This document shows, piece by piece, positions 37,316 to 45,094 of a stretch of 64,000 bases of DNA. Within the stretch, counting starts at the first letter, position 1. Each line of letters begins with the position of its first letter. This DNA comes from Candidatus Cybelea sp. (GTDB lineage: Bacteria > Vulcanimicrobiota > Vulcanimicrobiia > Vulcanimicrobiales > Vulcanimicrobiaceae). The stretch is taken from contig JBAVTZ010000173.1 in the NCBI GenBank assembly GCA_049696515.1, positions 292-64,291 of the forward strand, written 5' to 3'. The notes beneath the pieces were generated by a model. The model was not told where the DNA came from and did no database searches. It saw only the letters and a program-made list of their open reading frames with translations. The position numbers and the translations under genes were made by a program.

Positions 37316-38022
37316 GCGTGAACGGTCATTTCCTCGAGAATCGCCTTGGCGGCAGCGACCGGATCCGCGGCCTCGACGATGGGACGTCCGACCACTAGAT
37401 AGTCCGAACCCGCGGCGACCGCTTGCGCCGGAGTCGTGACGCGCTTCTGGTCCGCGTGGGCGCTTCCGGCCGGCCGTATGCCCGGGGTGAGCGTAAGGAA
37501 ATCGTCACCGAAAAATCGCTTGAGGTCACGCACTTCGTGAGCGCTGCAGACCACGCCCGAACAGCCGGCATCACGCGCTAATGCGGCCAAGCGAATCGCG
37601 TTCTCGCCCGGCCCCCCCTGCAGACCCAACTCGTTCAGGTCCTCCGGCGCAATGCTGGTCAGCAGCGTTACCGCAAAAACGTGCGGCGGATTTATCCCGA
37701 GTTCGGCGGCGCGCTCGCCGGCCGCATCGACCGCGGCGCGCATCATGTCCAGTCCCCCGAGGGCGTGGACGTTCACGAGGTGCACGTTTGGGCGCACGAG
37801 TTGGGCGATCGCCGCCCCGACCGTCCGCGGAATGTCGTGCAGCTTGGCATCTACGAAGGCACGCACGTCCCGCGCTTCGCAATAGGAAAGGATTCGTTCC
37901 GGATAGCCGCAGAGCGCTTCTAGCCCAATCTTCGCAATGATGTCGAGTTCGTAAAGCTGGTCGACGAGCCGTTCGGCTTCCTCGGCGCTGGGCACGTCGA
38001 GGGCTACGATCAGCTGAGCCAT
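37312..38022 (-). CDS. pyrF: orotidine 5'-phosphate decarboxylase
   Basis: MAQLIVALDV ... DAKLHDIPRTV. The internal ATG at 38022 was chosen; the upstream ORF extension overlaps pyrD. Confidence 0.9.
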   Translation of the reverse strand: MAQLIVALDVPSAEEAERLVDQLYELDIIAKIGLEALCGYPERILSYCEARDVRAFVDAKLHDIPRTVGAAIAQLVRPNVHLVNVHALGGLDMMRAAVDAAGERAAELGINPPHVFAVTLLTSIAPEDLNELGLQGGPGENAIRLAALARDAGCSGVVCSAHEVRDLKRFFGDDFLTLTPGIRPAGSAHADQKRVTTPAQAVAAGSDYLVVGRPIVEAADPVAAAKAILEEMTVHA

Positions 38023-38026
38023 TCTT

Positions 38027-38989
38027 TCACCCTTCATCTCCTTCGTACTGGTGCGGCGTAGCCAACTCCACGTTCGCTTTTCCGATGATCTGTTCGATTC
38101 CGGCCAGGTTGCGCTGAACCAGATACTCTTGCAACTCCGCGACGATGCGTTCGGGAATGCGGGGATCGGTGAAATTCGCGGTTCCGATCGAGATGGCGGT
38201 CGCGCCCGCCAGGAAGAACTCGAGCGCGTCGGTGAGGTTCTCGATGCCTCCCTGACCGATGATCGGAATGTTGACGGCCTGCGCGACCTCGTAGACGGCG
38301 AGCACCGCAATGGGTCGGATCGCGGCACCGGAAAGACCTCCGGTGATGTTCCCCAGCCGCGGACGCCACGTTTCCACGTCGATTGCCATCCCGCGGAGGG
38401 TATTGATTACGCCGAGCGCGTCGGCTCCGGCCGCTTCCGCCTCTCTCGCAACGCCGGCAATATCGGTGACGTTGGGCGACAGCTTTACTATCAGCGTTTT
38501 GTCGGTCGTCCCACGCGCGGCCTTGACCACGCTGGCAGTCAGACGCGGATCGCAGCCGAACGTCTCGCCTTCACTCGCGACGTTCGGGCAGGAGACGTTC
38601 AGCTCCACGGCTGCGATTTCGTCACGAGCCGCTAAACGCTCGCAAAGATAGGCATAGTCGTCGATCGAAAAGCCTGCGACGCTCCCGACGATTTTGCACG
38701 GTCGATCGGCGTATTTGCCGACTTCTTTGGCTAGGTACCAATCGATGCCGGGATTCTGCAGCCCGATCGCGTTGAGCATCCCGCTCGGAGTATGCACGAG
38801 CCGCGGCATCGGATTTCCGAGGCGCGGCATTCGCGTAACGCTCTTGAGCACGATGGCGCCGATCTTCGCGAGATCGGCGAAGGGCGCGAACTCCTCGCCC
38901 GATCCATAGCAGCCGCTGCCCATTAGGGTTGGGTAAGCGAGCTCGAGTTTTCCGAGCCGCGTAGCAAGATTTGGACGATGGTTTACCAT
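38027..38989 (-). CDS. pyrD: dihydroorotate dehydrogenase, class 1B catalytic subunit
   Basis: LMGSGCYG, NAIGLQNPG, ELNVSCPNV. Start MVNHRPNL overlaps the pyrK end by 7 nt. Confidence 0.9.
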   Translation of the reverse strand: MVNHRPNLATRLGKLELAYPTLMGSGCYGSGEEFAPFADLAKIGAIVLKSVTRMPRLGNPMPRLVHTPSGMLNAIGLQNPGIDWYLAKEVGKYADRPCKIVGSVAGFSIDDYAYLCERLAARDEIAAVELNVSCPNVASEGETFGCDPRLTASVVKAARGTTDKTLIVKLSPNVTDIAGVAREAEAAGADALGVINTLRGMAIDVETWRPRLGNITGGLSGAAIRPIAVLAVYEVAQAVNIPIIGQGGIENLTDALEFFLAGATAISIGTANFTDPRIPERIVAELQEYLVQRNLAGIEQIIGKANVELATPHQYEGDEG

Positions 38990-39807
38990 CGCAGCTCGTT
39001 CGCCCAAAAAACCGGCCCTTCTTTGCATATGCGCGCATAAACGACGTCGCTGCCGCCAAGTTCGGCCGGCGGAAAGCTCGGTGCTTGTGCGCTCTCGGCA
39101 ACCAGCGGCACTACGCAGCCCCAGCACCCGCCGACGCCGCAGCCGAAGGTCTCCTCGAGCGCAAGCTGCGCGGGTACGCCAAGCAGCGCAGCAATGCGTG
39201 CGACGCCTCGCAGCATCGGCGTAGGACCGCAGGCGTAGATCATCTCGGGTTTCTGCGAGCGCTCCAGGGCGGCGGTAACGAATCCACGCTGACCCAGCGA
39301 TCCGTCGTCGGTGGTCAGCACGAGTTCGCAGCCAGCATCGGCAAAGCGCTGCGCATCAACGAGAAGCTCCGCATTACGCGCTCCATAGAAGAGACGCACG
39401 CGTGCGCCGCCGCGGAGCAGCACTTGCGCGCAGAGCAGGACCGACGCGATGCCGACGCCACCGGCAACGATGGCCACGTCGCGTGCGCCGCCGGTGAGAT
39501 CGAAGCCGTTACCCAGCGGCCCAACGACGTCGAGGCGATCGCCCGAGCGCAACTCGCCGAGTTCGCGCGTGCGCTTGCCTGTTAGAAAGAATAGGATGCT
39601 TGCGAGCTTGCCTTCCGCTTCGTAGAGGGCGAGCGCGGTTGCGGCCGCTTCGCCGCTTGGCGGAATCGCCATCACGTACTGGCCCGGTCGCGTCGTGCCG
39701 GCGAGCTCGGGTGCGTCGAGCGCTAACAACACAACGTTGGTCGCGAGTTCGCGACGATCGATCACCGTGGTCGCATGCACGCGGGCGCTCAACTCGAGCG
39801 TCACCAT
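38983..39807 (-). CDS. pyrK: dihydroorotate dehydrogenase electron-transfer subunit
   Basis: FNR-like FAD/NAD domains and a C-terminal 2Fe-2S cysteine cluster CGVGGCWGCVV. Confidence 0.85.
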   Translation of the reverse strand: MVTLELSARVHATTVIDRRELATNVVLLALDAPELAGTTRPGQYVMAIPPSGEAAATALALYEAEGKLASILFFLTGKRTRELGELRSGDRLDVVGPLGNGFDLTGGARDVAIVAGGVGIASVLLCAQVLLRGGARVRLFYGARNAELLVDAQRFADAGCELVLTTDDGSLGQRGFVTAALERSQKPEMIYACGPTPMLRGVARIAALLGVPAQLALEETFGCGVGGCWGCVVPLVAESAQAPSFPPAELGGSDVVYARICKEGPVFWANELRW

Positions 39808-39867
39808 ACCACCTCATGCCATTTTCTGCAAATTCTTATAAAAATCTCGCAGAAACCGGTGACGCCC

Positions 39868-39896
39868 TTGCTACTGAAGCCGTTATACTGTATAGA
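39868..39896 (+). promoter_or_regulatory. candidate sigma70 promoter for the 46-aa ORF
   Basis: TTGCTA, a 17-nt spacer, then TATAGA, within an AT-rich intergenic stretch. Confidence 0.3.
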
Positions 39897-39929
39897 GAGC
39901 GTAACTAATAGGGAAAGGAGGGTCCACGG

Positions 39930-40070
39930 ATGGCAGGTCTCATCGTCTTCAAATCGCTAGCCGACGCACTTAGAGCGGGCTACCAGGTTTACGATAGGAC
40001 TGCTGATGGATATCTGGTCAGGACTCGCACGGCCGCCGGCTGGGCCATGGCCTTGGTCTCCTGCAAGTAG
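39930..40070 (+). CDS. unannotated 46-aa ORF (MAGLIVFKSLADALRAGYQVYDRTADGYLVRTRTAAGWAMALVSCK)
   Basis: AAGGAGGG lies 7 nt upstream of the ATG. A candidate promoter sits upstream and a strong hairpin downstream. Too short for the ORF track. Confidence 0.45.
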   Translation: MAGLIVFKSLADALRAGYQVYDRTADGYLVRTRTAAGWAMALVSCK

Positions 40071-40097
40071 TATCGTCTAGTATCGTCTAGTATCGTC
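40068..40097 (+). repeat. three perfect tandem copies of TAGTATCGTC
   Basis: Read directly: 40068..40077, 40078..40087, 40088..40097. The first TAG is the stop codon of the 46-aa ORF. Confidence 0.9.
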
Positions 40098-40109
40098 TTT
40101 ATTCCAATA

Positions 40110-40145
40110 AGCAATGCCGCCGGTCAACCGACCGGCGGCATTGCT
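40110..40145. terminator. perfect 16-bp stem hairpin between convergent genes
   Basis: AGCAATGCCGCCGGTC-aacc-GACCGGCGGCATTGCT. The flanking T/A tracts are weak. Confidence 0.5.
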
Positions 40146-40164
40146 ATATAGGCAATCGTCTAGC

Positions 40165-40767
40165 TCAGCTGCGATAATCGGGAGGCGAAGCGGGCTTCTC
40201 GATTTCGGGAATCCCTCCGGGGCGCCAACCGCCGTACGTCGGACCCGGCGGCATCGTCGCGCCAGGGTCGCCGCCTGGGGTCGGAGCGCTGCCACCCGCC
40301 GGTGTAGGTCCAAAGCGCTCGCGAGTTGAGGCCGGACCGATTGTGGCACCGCTCAGTACCGCCCCGACGATCTGCGCGATCCCCACGAACATCGGGATCA
40401 AGCCGCCCAGGAGCCAAGGACCGTACGTGTAGCGGCCGTCCCCGTGGTAGCCGATGAAGCCAAGGCCGACCAGGAGCGCAAAACCGATGAAGGCCACCTG
40501 GATCCCTCGACGCAGCTGTCGCTGGGCGTAGAAGTCGGTCTCGTAGGCGTACGGGCTCGAGGGCCCCGGCGCCGGCGCGCTCGGGGTCCAGCCGTATTTC
40601 ATCGCCCGTCGCATCTCGCGCGGGTTGGGCGGGGGCACGATGCCGCGGCGCAACATCTCCATGCGCTCTTGATGTGCCAGAACGCGCGAGACGATGAATG
40701 CGGCGATCGGCGCACCGAAGATAAAAACGATCGCTACGAGGGGGATGAGGTCGCTATAGTCCATCAC
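40165..40767 (-). CDS. three-TM membrane protein with a Pro/Gly-rich C-terminal tail
   Basis: TM1 LIPLVAIVFIFGAPIAAFIV, then the HQERMEMLRRG helix and two more TM segments. Overlaps the upstream DUF4097 gene by 14 nt. Confidence 0.6.
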   Translation of the reverse strand: MMDYSDLIPLVAIVFIFGAPIAAFIVSRVLAHQERMEMLRRGIVPPPNPREMRRAMKYGWTPSAPAPGPSSPYAYETDFYAQRQLRRGIQVAFIGFALLVGLGFIGYHGDGRYTYGPWLLGGLIPMFVGIAQIVGAVLSGATIGPASTRERFGPTPAGGSAPTPGGDPGATMPPGPTYGGWRPGGIPEIEKPASPPDYRS

Positions 40768-41680
40768 TTTGGAACGCTCCGTTGGTAAAAATGTGAATCG
40801 ATCCGTCGGCTGTGTCCAGCTTCATCGAGCTGGAACCCGCCCCAAGACGTATCGTGCGTTGGGCGGAATCGTCACGATCGAGCGACGATCCATCGACGGA
40901 GATTCTTCCGTCGCGGGTGGAGGCATTAATGGTAACGTTCGCGTTCGGCGCGAGCCGAAGTTGAATCGGACCGTCGCCGGTCCGAAGGGTGGCATCGCCG
41001 GCCACGTTTACGCCGCCGGCCTCGATGTGGCCGTCACGCGTGTCGGCAGTTAGGGACGAAACGTCTATGTTTTCGAGCGCCAAGTGTCCGTCCATGGACT
41101 CCAGTGCGAGGCTGCCGCCATGGACGTTCGTCGCAGCAATATAGCCGTCGTCGCTGCGAACGTCGACCGGACCCTGGATGTCGGCCACCGTCACGTGGCC
41201 ATCAACCGAATGCACGCTCACGCCGCCGTTAAGACCGCTTACATCGGCGCCTCCGCAACGCGCGATCTCGACGCGCGAGCCGCTAGGCACTTCGACTTCA
41301 ATGGCTTGTCTACTGAAACCGAAGACAACCACTGAAAGCCGTTCCGCGTTCCGGGCGATGCTCACACCGTCGAGGGTGCGGCTGACGCGCAGCTGCGGAT
41401 AGGCGGCGCTGGAAAAAACTCCGCCGCGCATCTGCGTCAGATCACGCACGTGGACCAGACCATCGTTCGAAACGGCCACGGCGACGCGCGAGCTGGGATC
41501 GTCGATAACCACGTGCGGCGCCGCCCCGACGGCAAGCGGCGCGACGCTTGCGGCGGTGAAGTCAACGTGATGCATCCCGCTCGCAAAGCTCGCTCCGCCA
41601 CCGCCGACGGCGTAGATAGCCATCCCGACGATTAGCACCTCAGCAGCGACCAGCATCGCGACCACGGATACGCGGGACAT
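40754..41680 (-). CDS. TM-anchored DUF4097 ('toast-rack') repeat protein
   Basis: N-terminal TM followed by repetitive short beta-strand units (VHSVDGHVTV, VRSDDGYIAA, LESMDGHLAL, ADTRDGHIEA, ASTRDGRISV, DTADGSIHI). Confidence 0.7.
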   Translation of the reverse strand: MSRVSVVAMLVAAEVLIVGMAIYAVGGGGASFASGMHHVDFTAASVAPLAVGAAPHVVIDDPSSRVAVAVSNDGLVHVRDLTQMRGGVFSSAAYPQLRVSRTLDGVSIARNAERLSVVVFGFSRQAIEVEVPSGSRVEIARCGGADVSGLNGGVSVHSVDGHVTVADIQGPVDVRSDDGYIAATNVHGGSLALESMDGHLALENIDVSSLTADTRDGHIEAGGVNVAGDATLRTGDGPIQLRLAPNANVTINASTRDGRISVDGSSLDRDDSAQRTIRLGAGSSSMKLDTADGSIHIFTNGAFQSDGL

Positions 41681-41815
41681 CTAGAGCCGCGGCCCCCAGC
41701 CGTCGAAGGTAGGGCGCAACGATTGCGCGGAGTTCCGTTCGTCGATCGGCCGGGTGGTGCGCTCGTCGTTGGACAAGCCGCCGCCGGGAAGGGTTTTGTT
41801 GGGAATCGTGGTCAT
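41681..41815 (-). CDS. unannotated 44-aa ORF (MTTIPNKTLPGGGLSNDERTTRPIDERNSAQSLRPTFDGWGPRL)
   Basis: GGAGG lies 12 nt upstream of the ATG. 37 of 43 sense codons end in G or C. The TAG stop abuts the ATG of the DUF4097 gene. Confidence 0.45.
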   Translation of the reverse strand: MTTIPNKTLPGGGLSNDERTTRPIDERNSAQSLRPTFDGWGPRL

Positions 41816-41959
41816 TTGTGGGTCTCGCCTCCGTAAAAGTTCATGTCCTAGTTACGGCGCCCGGGTTGACATGTTTCGGGCAACCCGTTCGGGCGCCCGA
41901 GTTAGCTGCCCGGGCCTTCCCGAGCGAAACAATCGGCCCGCCTCGGGCGTACGAGTGGC

Positions 41960-42547
41960 GTGTCGGCACTCTTGGCGGAGGCCCAGCCCATCAGGGTGAA
42001 GGCCGGTCCCGAAGACAGTGAGTTGGTGGCGATGACCTTGCGGGGCAACCCGGAAGGCTTCGCGACGCTCGTCGAGCGGTACGACCGGGCGGTCTACCAT
42101 CTCGCCTACCGAACGCTCCAAGACGTCGAGGAGGCGCGTGACGCGACCCAAGAGGCCTTCTTCAAAGCTTTTCGCAGCCTGCGAACTTTCAAGCCGGACG
42201 CCAAGTTCTCGACCTGGATCTTCGCAATCACCTACCACGCTTGCTGCGATCGCCTCAACCGGCGCCGGCGCTACACGAGCAACGAGTTACCCGATCGCGC
42301 CGACACTGCGCCGGGCCCGGAGCAGCAGGCGATCGCACTCGACGAAGCGGTCCGGCTGCGTACCGCGATCGACGCCCTTCCGGAAAAATACCGGACCGTC
42401 GTCACCCTTTTTCACCTGCAGGGAAGGCAGTACGAAGAAATCGCGACCGTACTCGGCCTCCCTATCGGGACGGTTAAGACACATTTGTTTCGCGCGAAGG
42501 AGCACTTACGCAGGCTTCTAGGCGGAGCGGAGGTAACGGAATCATGA
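41960..42547 (+). CDS. ECF-type RNA polymerase sigma factor
   Basis: Region 2 (FATLVERYDRAVYHLAYR ..., TWIFAITYHACCDRL) and region 4 (QYEEIATVLGLPIGTVKTHLFRAKEHLR). The start codon is uncertain. Confidence 0.85.
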   Translation: MSALLAEAQPIRVKAGPEDSELVAMTLRGNPEGFATLVERYDRAVYHLAYRTLQDVEEARDATQEAFFKAFRSLRTFKPDAKFSTWIFAITYHACCDRLNRRRRYTSNELPDRADTAPGPEQQAIALDEAVRLRTAIDALPEKYRTVVTLFHLQGRQYEEIATVLGLPIGTVKTHLFRAKEHLRRLLGGAEVTES

Positions 42548-42927
42548 ACATGCACGAAAACGACGCACTCGACCAGGCCATTCTAGGACTCCCCCTCGAG
42601 GAGCCGCCGGCCGGCTTGCGTGCCTCGGTCTTGCTCGCAACGGCTTACCGGCCGGCGCCTGCTTTTTCGTTCTTGGACCTTGCGGGGTTAGGTGCGCTGG
42701 GTGCCGTCGCGCTCTGGCTGGTCGTGCTGCTCGTGATGGGCGGCGGCTCGCTCTTCGTCGAAACGCTCGGTGCCATCGGCGTGGGGTTAACCCGCGCCTT
42801 CTCGAACGCCCCGACAGTTGCGTGGCTGGCTGCCGGCGGCGCTACCGCGCTCTGGCTCTCACTTTTCACCGGATCCCAACCCGTCATAGCGGCTCCGCAC
42901 AGGTCCGGACGGAGGACCAGCCGATAA
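42544..42927 (+). CDS. multi-TM protein in the anti-sigma position
   Basis: ATGA overlap with the sigma gene. Short cytoplasmic N-terminus followed by hydrophobic spans. No zf-HC2 motif is visible. Confidence 0.5.
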   Translation: MNMHENDALDQAILGLPLEEPPAGLRASVLLATAYRPAPAFSFLDLAGLGALGAVALWLVVLLVMGGGSLFVETLGAIGVGLTRAFSNAPTVAWLAAGGATALWLSLFTGSQPVIAAPHRSGRRTSR

Positions 42928-42936
42928 TCCATCTGC

Positions 42937-43629
42937 ATGGAGAAACGCACAGCGTCGGAGCGACAGCCTTATAGAATTCTCGTCATCGAAGACGATGCGG
43001 CGATCAGCCGCGTGCTTCAGCTCGAGCTGGAGCACGAACGCTATGAGGTCGACGTCGCACGCGACGGCTTAGCCGGTCTCGAGAAGGCCCTCAAAGAACC
43101 TGACCTAGTGATTTTAGACCTGATGCTTCCGCGCATGGACGGCATCGAGGTCTGCAAACGCATTCGCGCCAAGAGCCGGGTTCCGATCATCATGCTCACC
43201 GCCCGCGACCGGGTGCCCGATCGGGTCGCGGGTCTCGACGTCGGCGCAGACGATTACCTCACCAAGCCGTTCTCCACCGAGGAGCTGCTGGCACGCGTAC
43301 GCGCGCGGCTCCGTGAGCGCTCGCCGCAAGGCAACGTGATCGAGTACCGCGACGTCGTGATGGACCGCGATCGTCACGAGGTACATCGGAACGGCCAGTC
43401 GATCGCGCTCACCGCCAAAGAGTACGCTCTTCTCGAGTACCTGCTCTTGCACCGCAACAAAGTCCATACCCGCGACGAGCTCTTTAACGGCGTTTGGGGG
43501 AGCGACTTCCTCGGCGACTCGAATCTCATCGACGTGTACATTCGCTACCTGCGCGGTAAAATCGACGACGGGTTTGACGACAAGCTGATTACGACCGTGA
43601 GAGGCGTCGGTTACACCATTAAAGATTGA
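42937..43629 (+). CDS. OmpR/PhoB-family response regulator
   Basis: Receiver domain (DLVILDLMLPRMDG) and a winged-helix output (LTAKEYALLEYLL ... VRGVGY). Confidence 0.9.
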   Translation: MEKRTASERQPYRILVIEDDAAISRVLQLELEHERYEVDVARDGLAGLEKALKEPDLVILDLMLPRMDGIEVCKRIRAKSRVPIIMLTARDRVPDRVAGLDVGADDYLTKPFSTEELLARVRARLRERSPQGNVIEYRDVVMDRDRHEVHRNGQSIALTAKEYALLEYLLLHRNKVHTRDELFNGVWGSDFLGDSNLIDVYIRYLRGKIDDGFDDKLITTVRGVGYTIKD

Positions 43630-43651
43630 GTATCGCTCAAGGGAGTAGCGC

Positions 43652-45094
43652 ATGTCGCTGAAGTGGCGAATCGCGCTCGGATACTCGGCCCTGCTGATCG
43701 TGGCCATGACGGTAATGAGCGGCATAATCGTCTGGCGTTTTCAACAGATCCTGTACGACCAAGCCGAAGCCAGCGTCAACGCGACGATGCGTGCGATCGT
43801 GCAGTTCGCGCAGCAAGCCACCACGCCGTTCTCGCTCGAGGACCCGTCGTTGGGAACGCTGCAGTTTCTTTTCAACAGCACGAATCTGGCGACATGGAAC
43901 TCCGGGAACAGCTACGTGCAGGTCGACTCCGGCGAGGGCTATCCGTTGGCAAAGACGGCCAACCTCGGCGGATTGACGATTCCACCGAATCCAAAGCTCT
44001 CGCGGGCCCACGATGTGGCGTACCGTCAGGTCAGCCTTGGTGGCCGCGCGTTTCTCGTCGAAGATCGCTACCTGCAGGAGGGAGTGAACTCGGCGCTGAT
44101 CCACGTCGCCGAGCCGCTCGACACGCTCCAGCGCACGTTCGCACACGCCCTCGAAGCGATCGTGATCGTACTTGGGGCAACCGCCGCTGCAGTCGTGATC
44201 TTCTCGATCGTCTTTGCCTCGCAGGCGACCACTCCGATTAACGCGCTCTCGCGCGAGATGCGCGAGATCAGCTCCGACCGTCTTGCCCTCGCGACCGACG
44301 GAAGGCCGCGCGGAAGCGCGCTTCGCCGCCGGCGCGATGAAATCGGGCGCCTCGCAAAGAGTTTCAACGATCTGTTGGCGCGGCTTTCCGAAGCCTTCGC
44401 TCGCGAGCGCCAGTTCATTTCCGACGCCTCCCACGAGCTCAAGACACCGCTGACGTCCATCAACGCCAACGCGCAGATGCTCCTGCGTTGGGGCGATCAA
44501 GATCAGACGATCCGGCGCGAAAGCTTAGAAACGATCGCGCGCGAGAGCGCCGACCTGGCAGGCATGGTCAATGGCATGCTCACCCTGGCAAAAGCCGATC
44601 GCGGTGACGAGATCCCAAAGGAGCCGCTCTCGCTCGCCCAAATTACCAGCGAGGCCATCCAGAATGCCGGGCCGCGCGCAGCCGAGAAGCAGCTCGACCT
44701 GAAGTTCAGCTACAACGGCACGCCAATCGTCTACGGTGATGCCAATCTGTTGCGCCAAATGGTCGGTAATCTGATCGATAACGCGATCAAGTTTACGGAG
44801 CGCGGAAGCGTGGCCGTGCGCGTCGGCGAGACCCGCGATGTGGCCTGGGTCGATGTTGCCGATAGCGGCCCCGGCATTCCGGAGGACGAGCGCGCCCACA
44901 TCTTCGAGCGCTTCTACCGAGCCGATAAGGCCCGGTCGCGGACCGTACCCGGCACGGGGCTCGGCCTAGCGATTGTCCGCTCGATTGCCCGGGTTCACGG
45001 AGGTGAGGCGACGGCCGAGAAAGCACCGCAGGGCGGCGCTCTTCTCAGGGTCGTCTTACCCCGCGTAAAGGTTCCGTTCACCGATCTCTCATGA
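43652..45094 (+). CDS. sensor histidine kinase (two TM segments, HAMP, HisKA, HATPase)
   Basis: H-box SDASHELKTPLTSI, N-box DNAIKFT, G-boxes DSGPGI and GTGLGLAIV. Confidence 0.9.
   Translation: MSLKWRIALGYSALLIVAMTVMSGIIVWRFQQILYDQAEASVNATMRAIVQFAQQATTPFSLEDPSLGTLQFLFNSTNLATWNSGNSYVQVDSGEGYPLAKTANLGGLTIPPNPKLSRAHDVAYRQVSLGGRAFLVEDRYLQEGVNSALIHVAEPLDTLQRTFAHALEAIVIVLGATAAAVVIFSIVFASQATTPINALSREMREISSDRLALATDGRPRGSALRRRRDEIGRLAKSFNDLLARLSEAFARERQFISDASHELKTPLTSINANAQMLLRWGDQDQTIRRESLETIARESADLAGMVNGMLTLAKADRGDEIPKEPLSLAQITSEAIQNAGPRAAEKQLDLKFSYNGTPIVYGDANLLRQMVGNLIDNAIKFTERGSVAVRVGETRDVAWVDVADSGPGIPEDERAHIFERFYRADKARSRTVPGTGLGLAIVRSIARVHGGEATAEKAPQGGALLRVVLPRVKVPFTDLS

Noticed and set aside
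40068-40097. Possibility that the 10-bp repeats or the dispersed 28-bp repeats represent a CRISPR array.
   Set aside because: The 10-bp units are contiguous with no spacers. The 28-bp units are scattered kilobases apart or irregularly nested, with no regular repeat-spacer periodicity and no cas genes.
41754-42021. Plus-strand ORFs (81 aa and 67 aa) in the divergent region upstream of the ECF sigma gene.
   Set aside because: They have poor codon bias and overlap the better-supported minus-strand 44-aa ORF and promoter region. No RBS is present.
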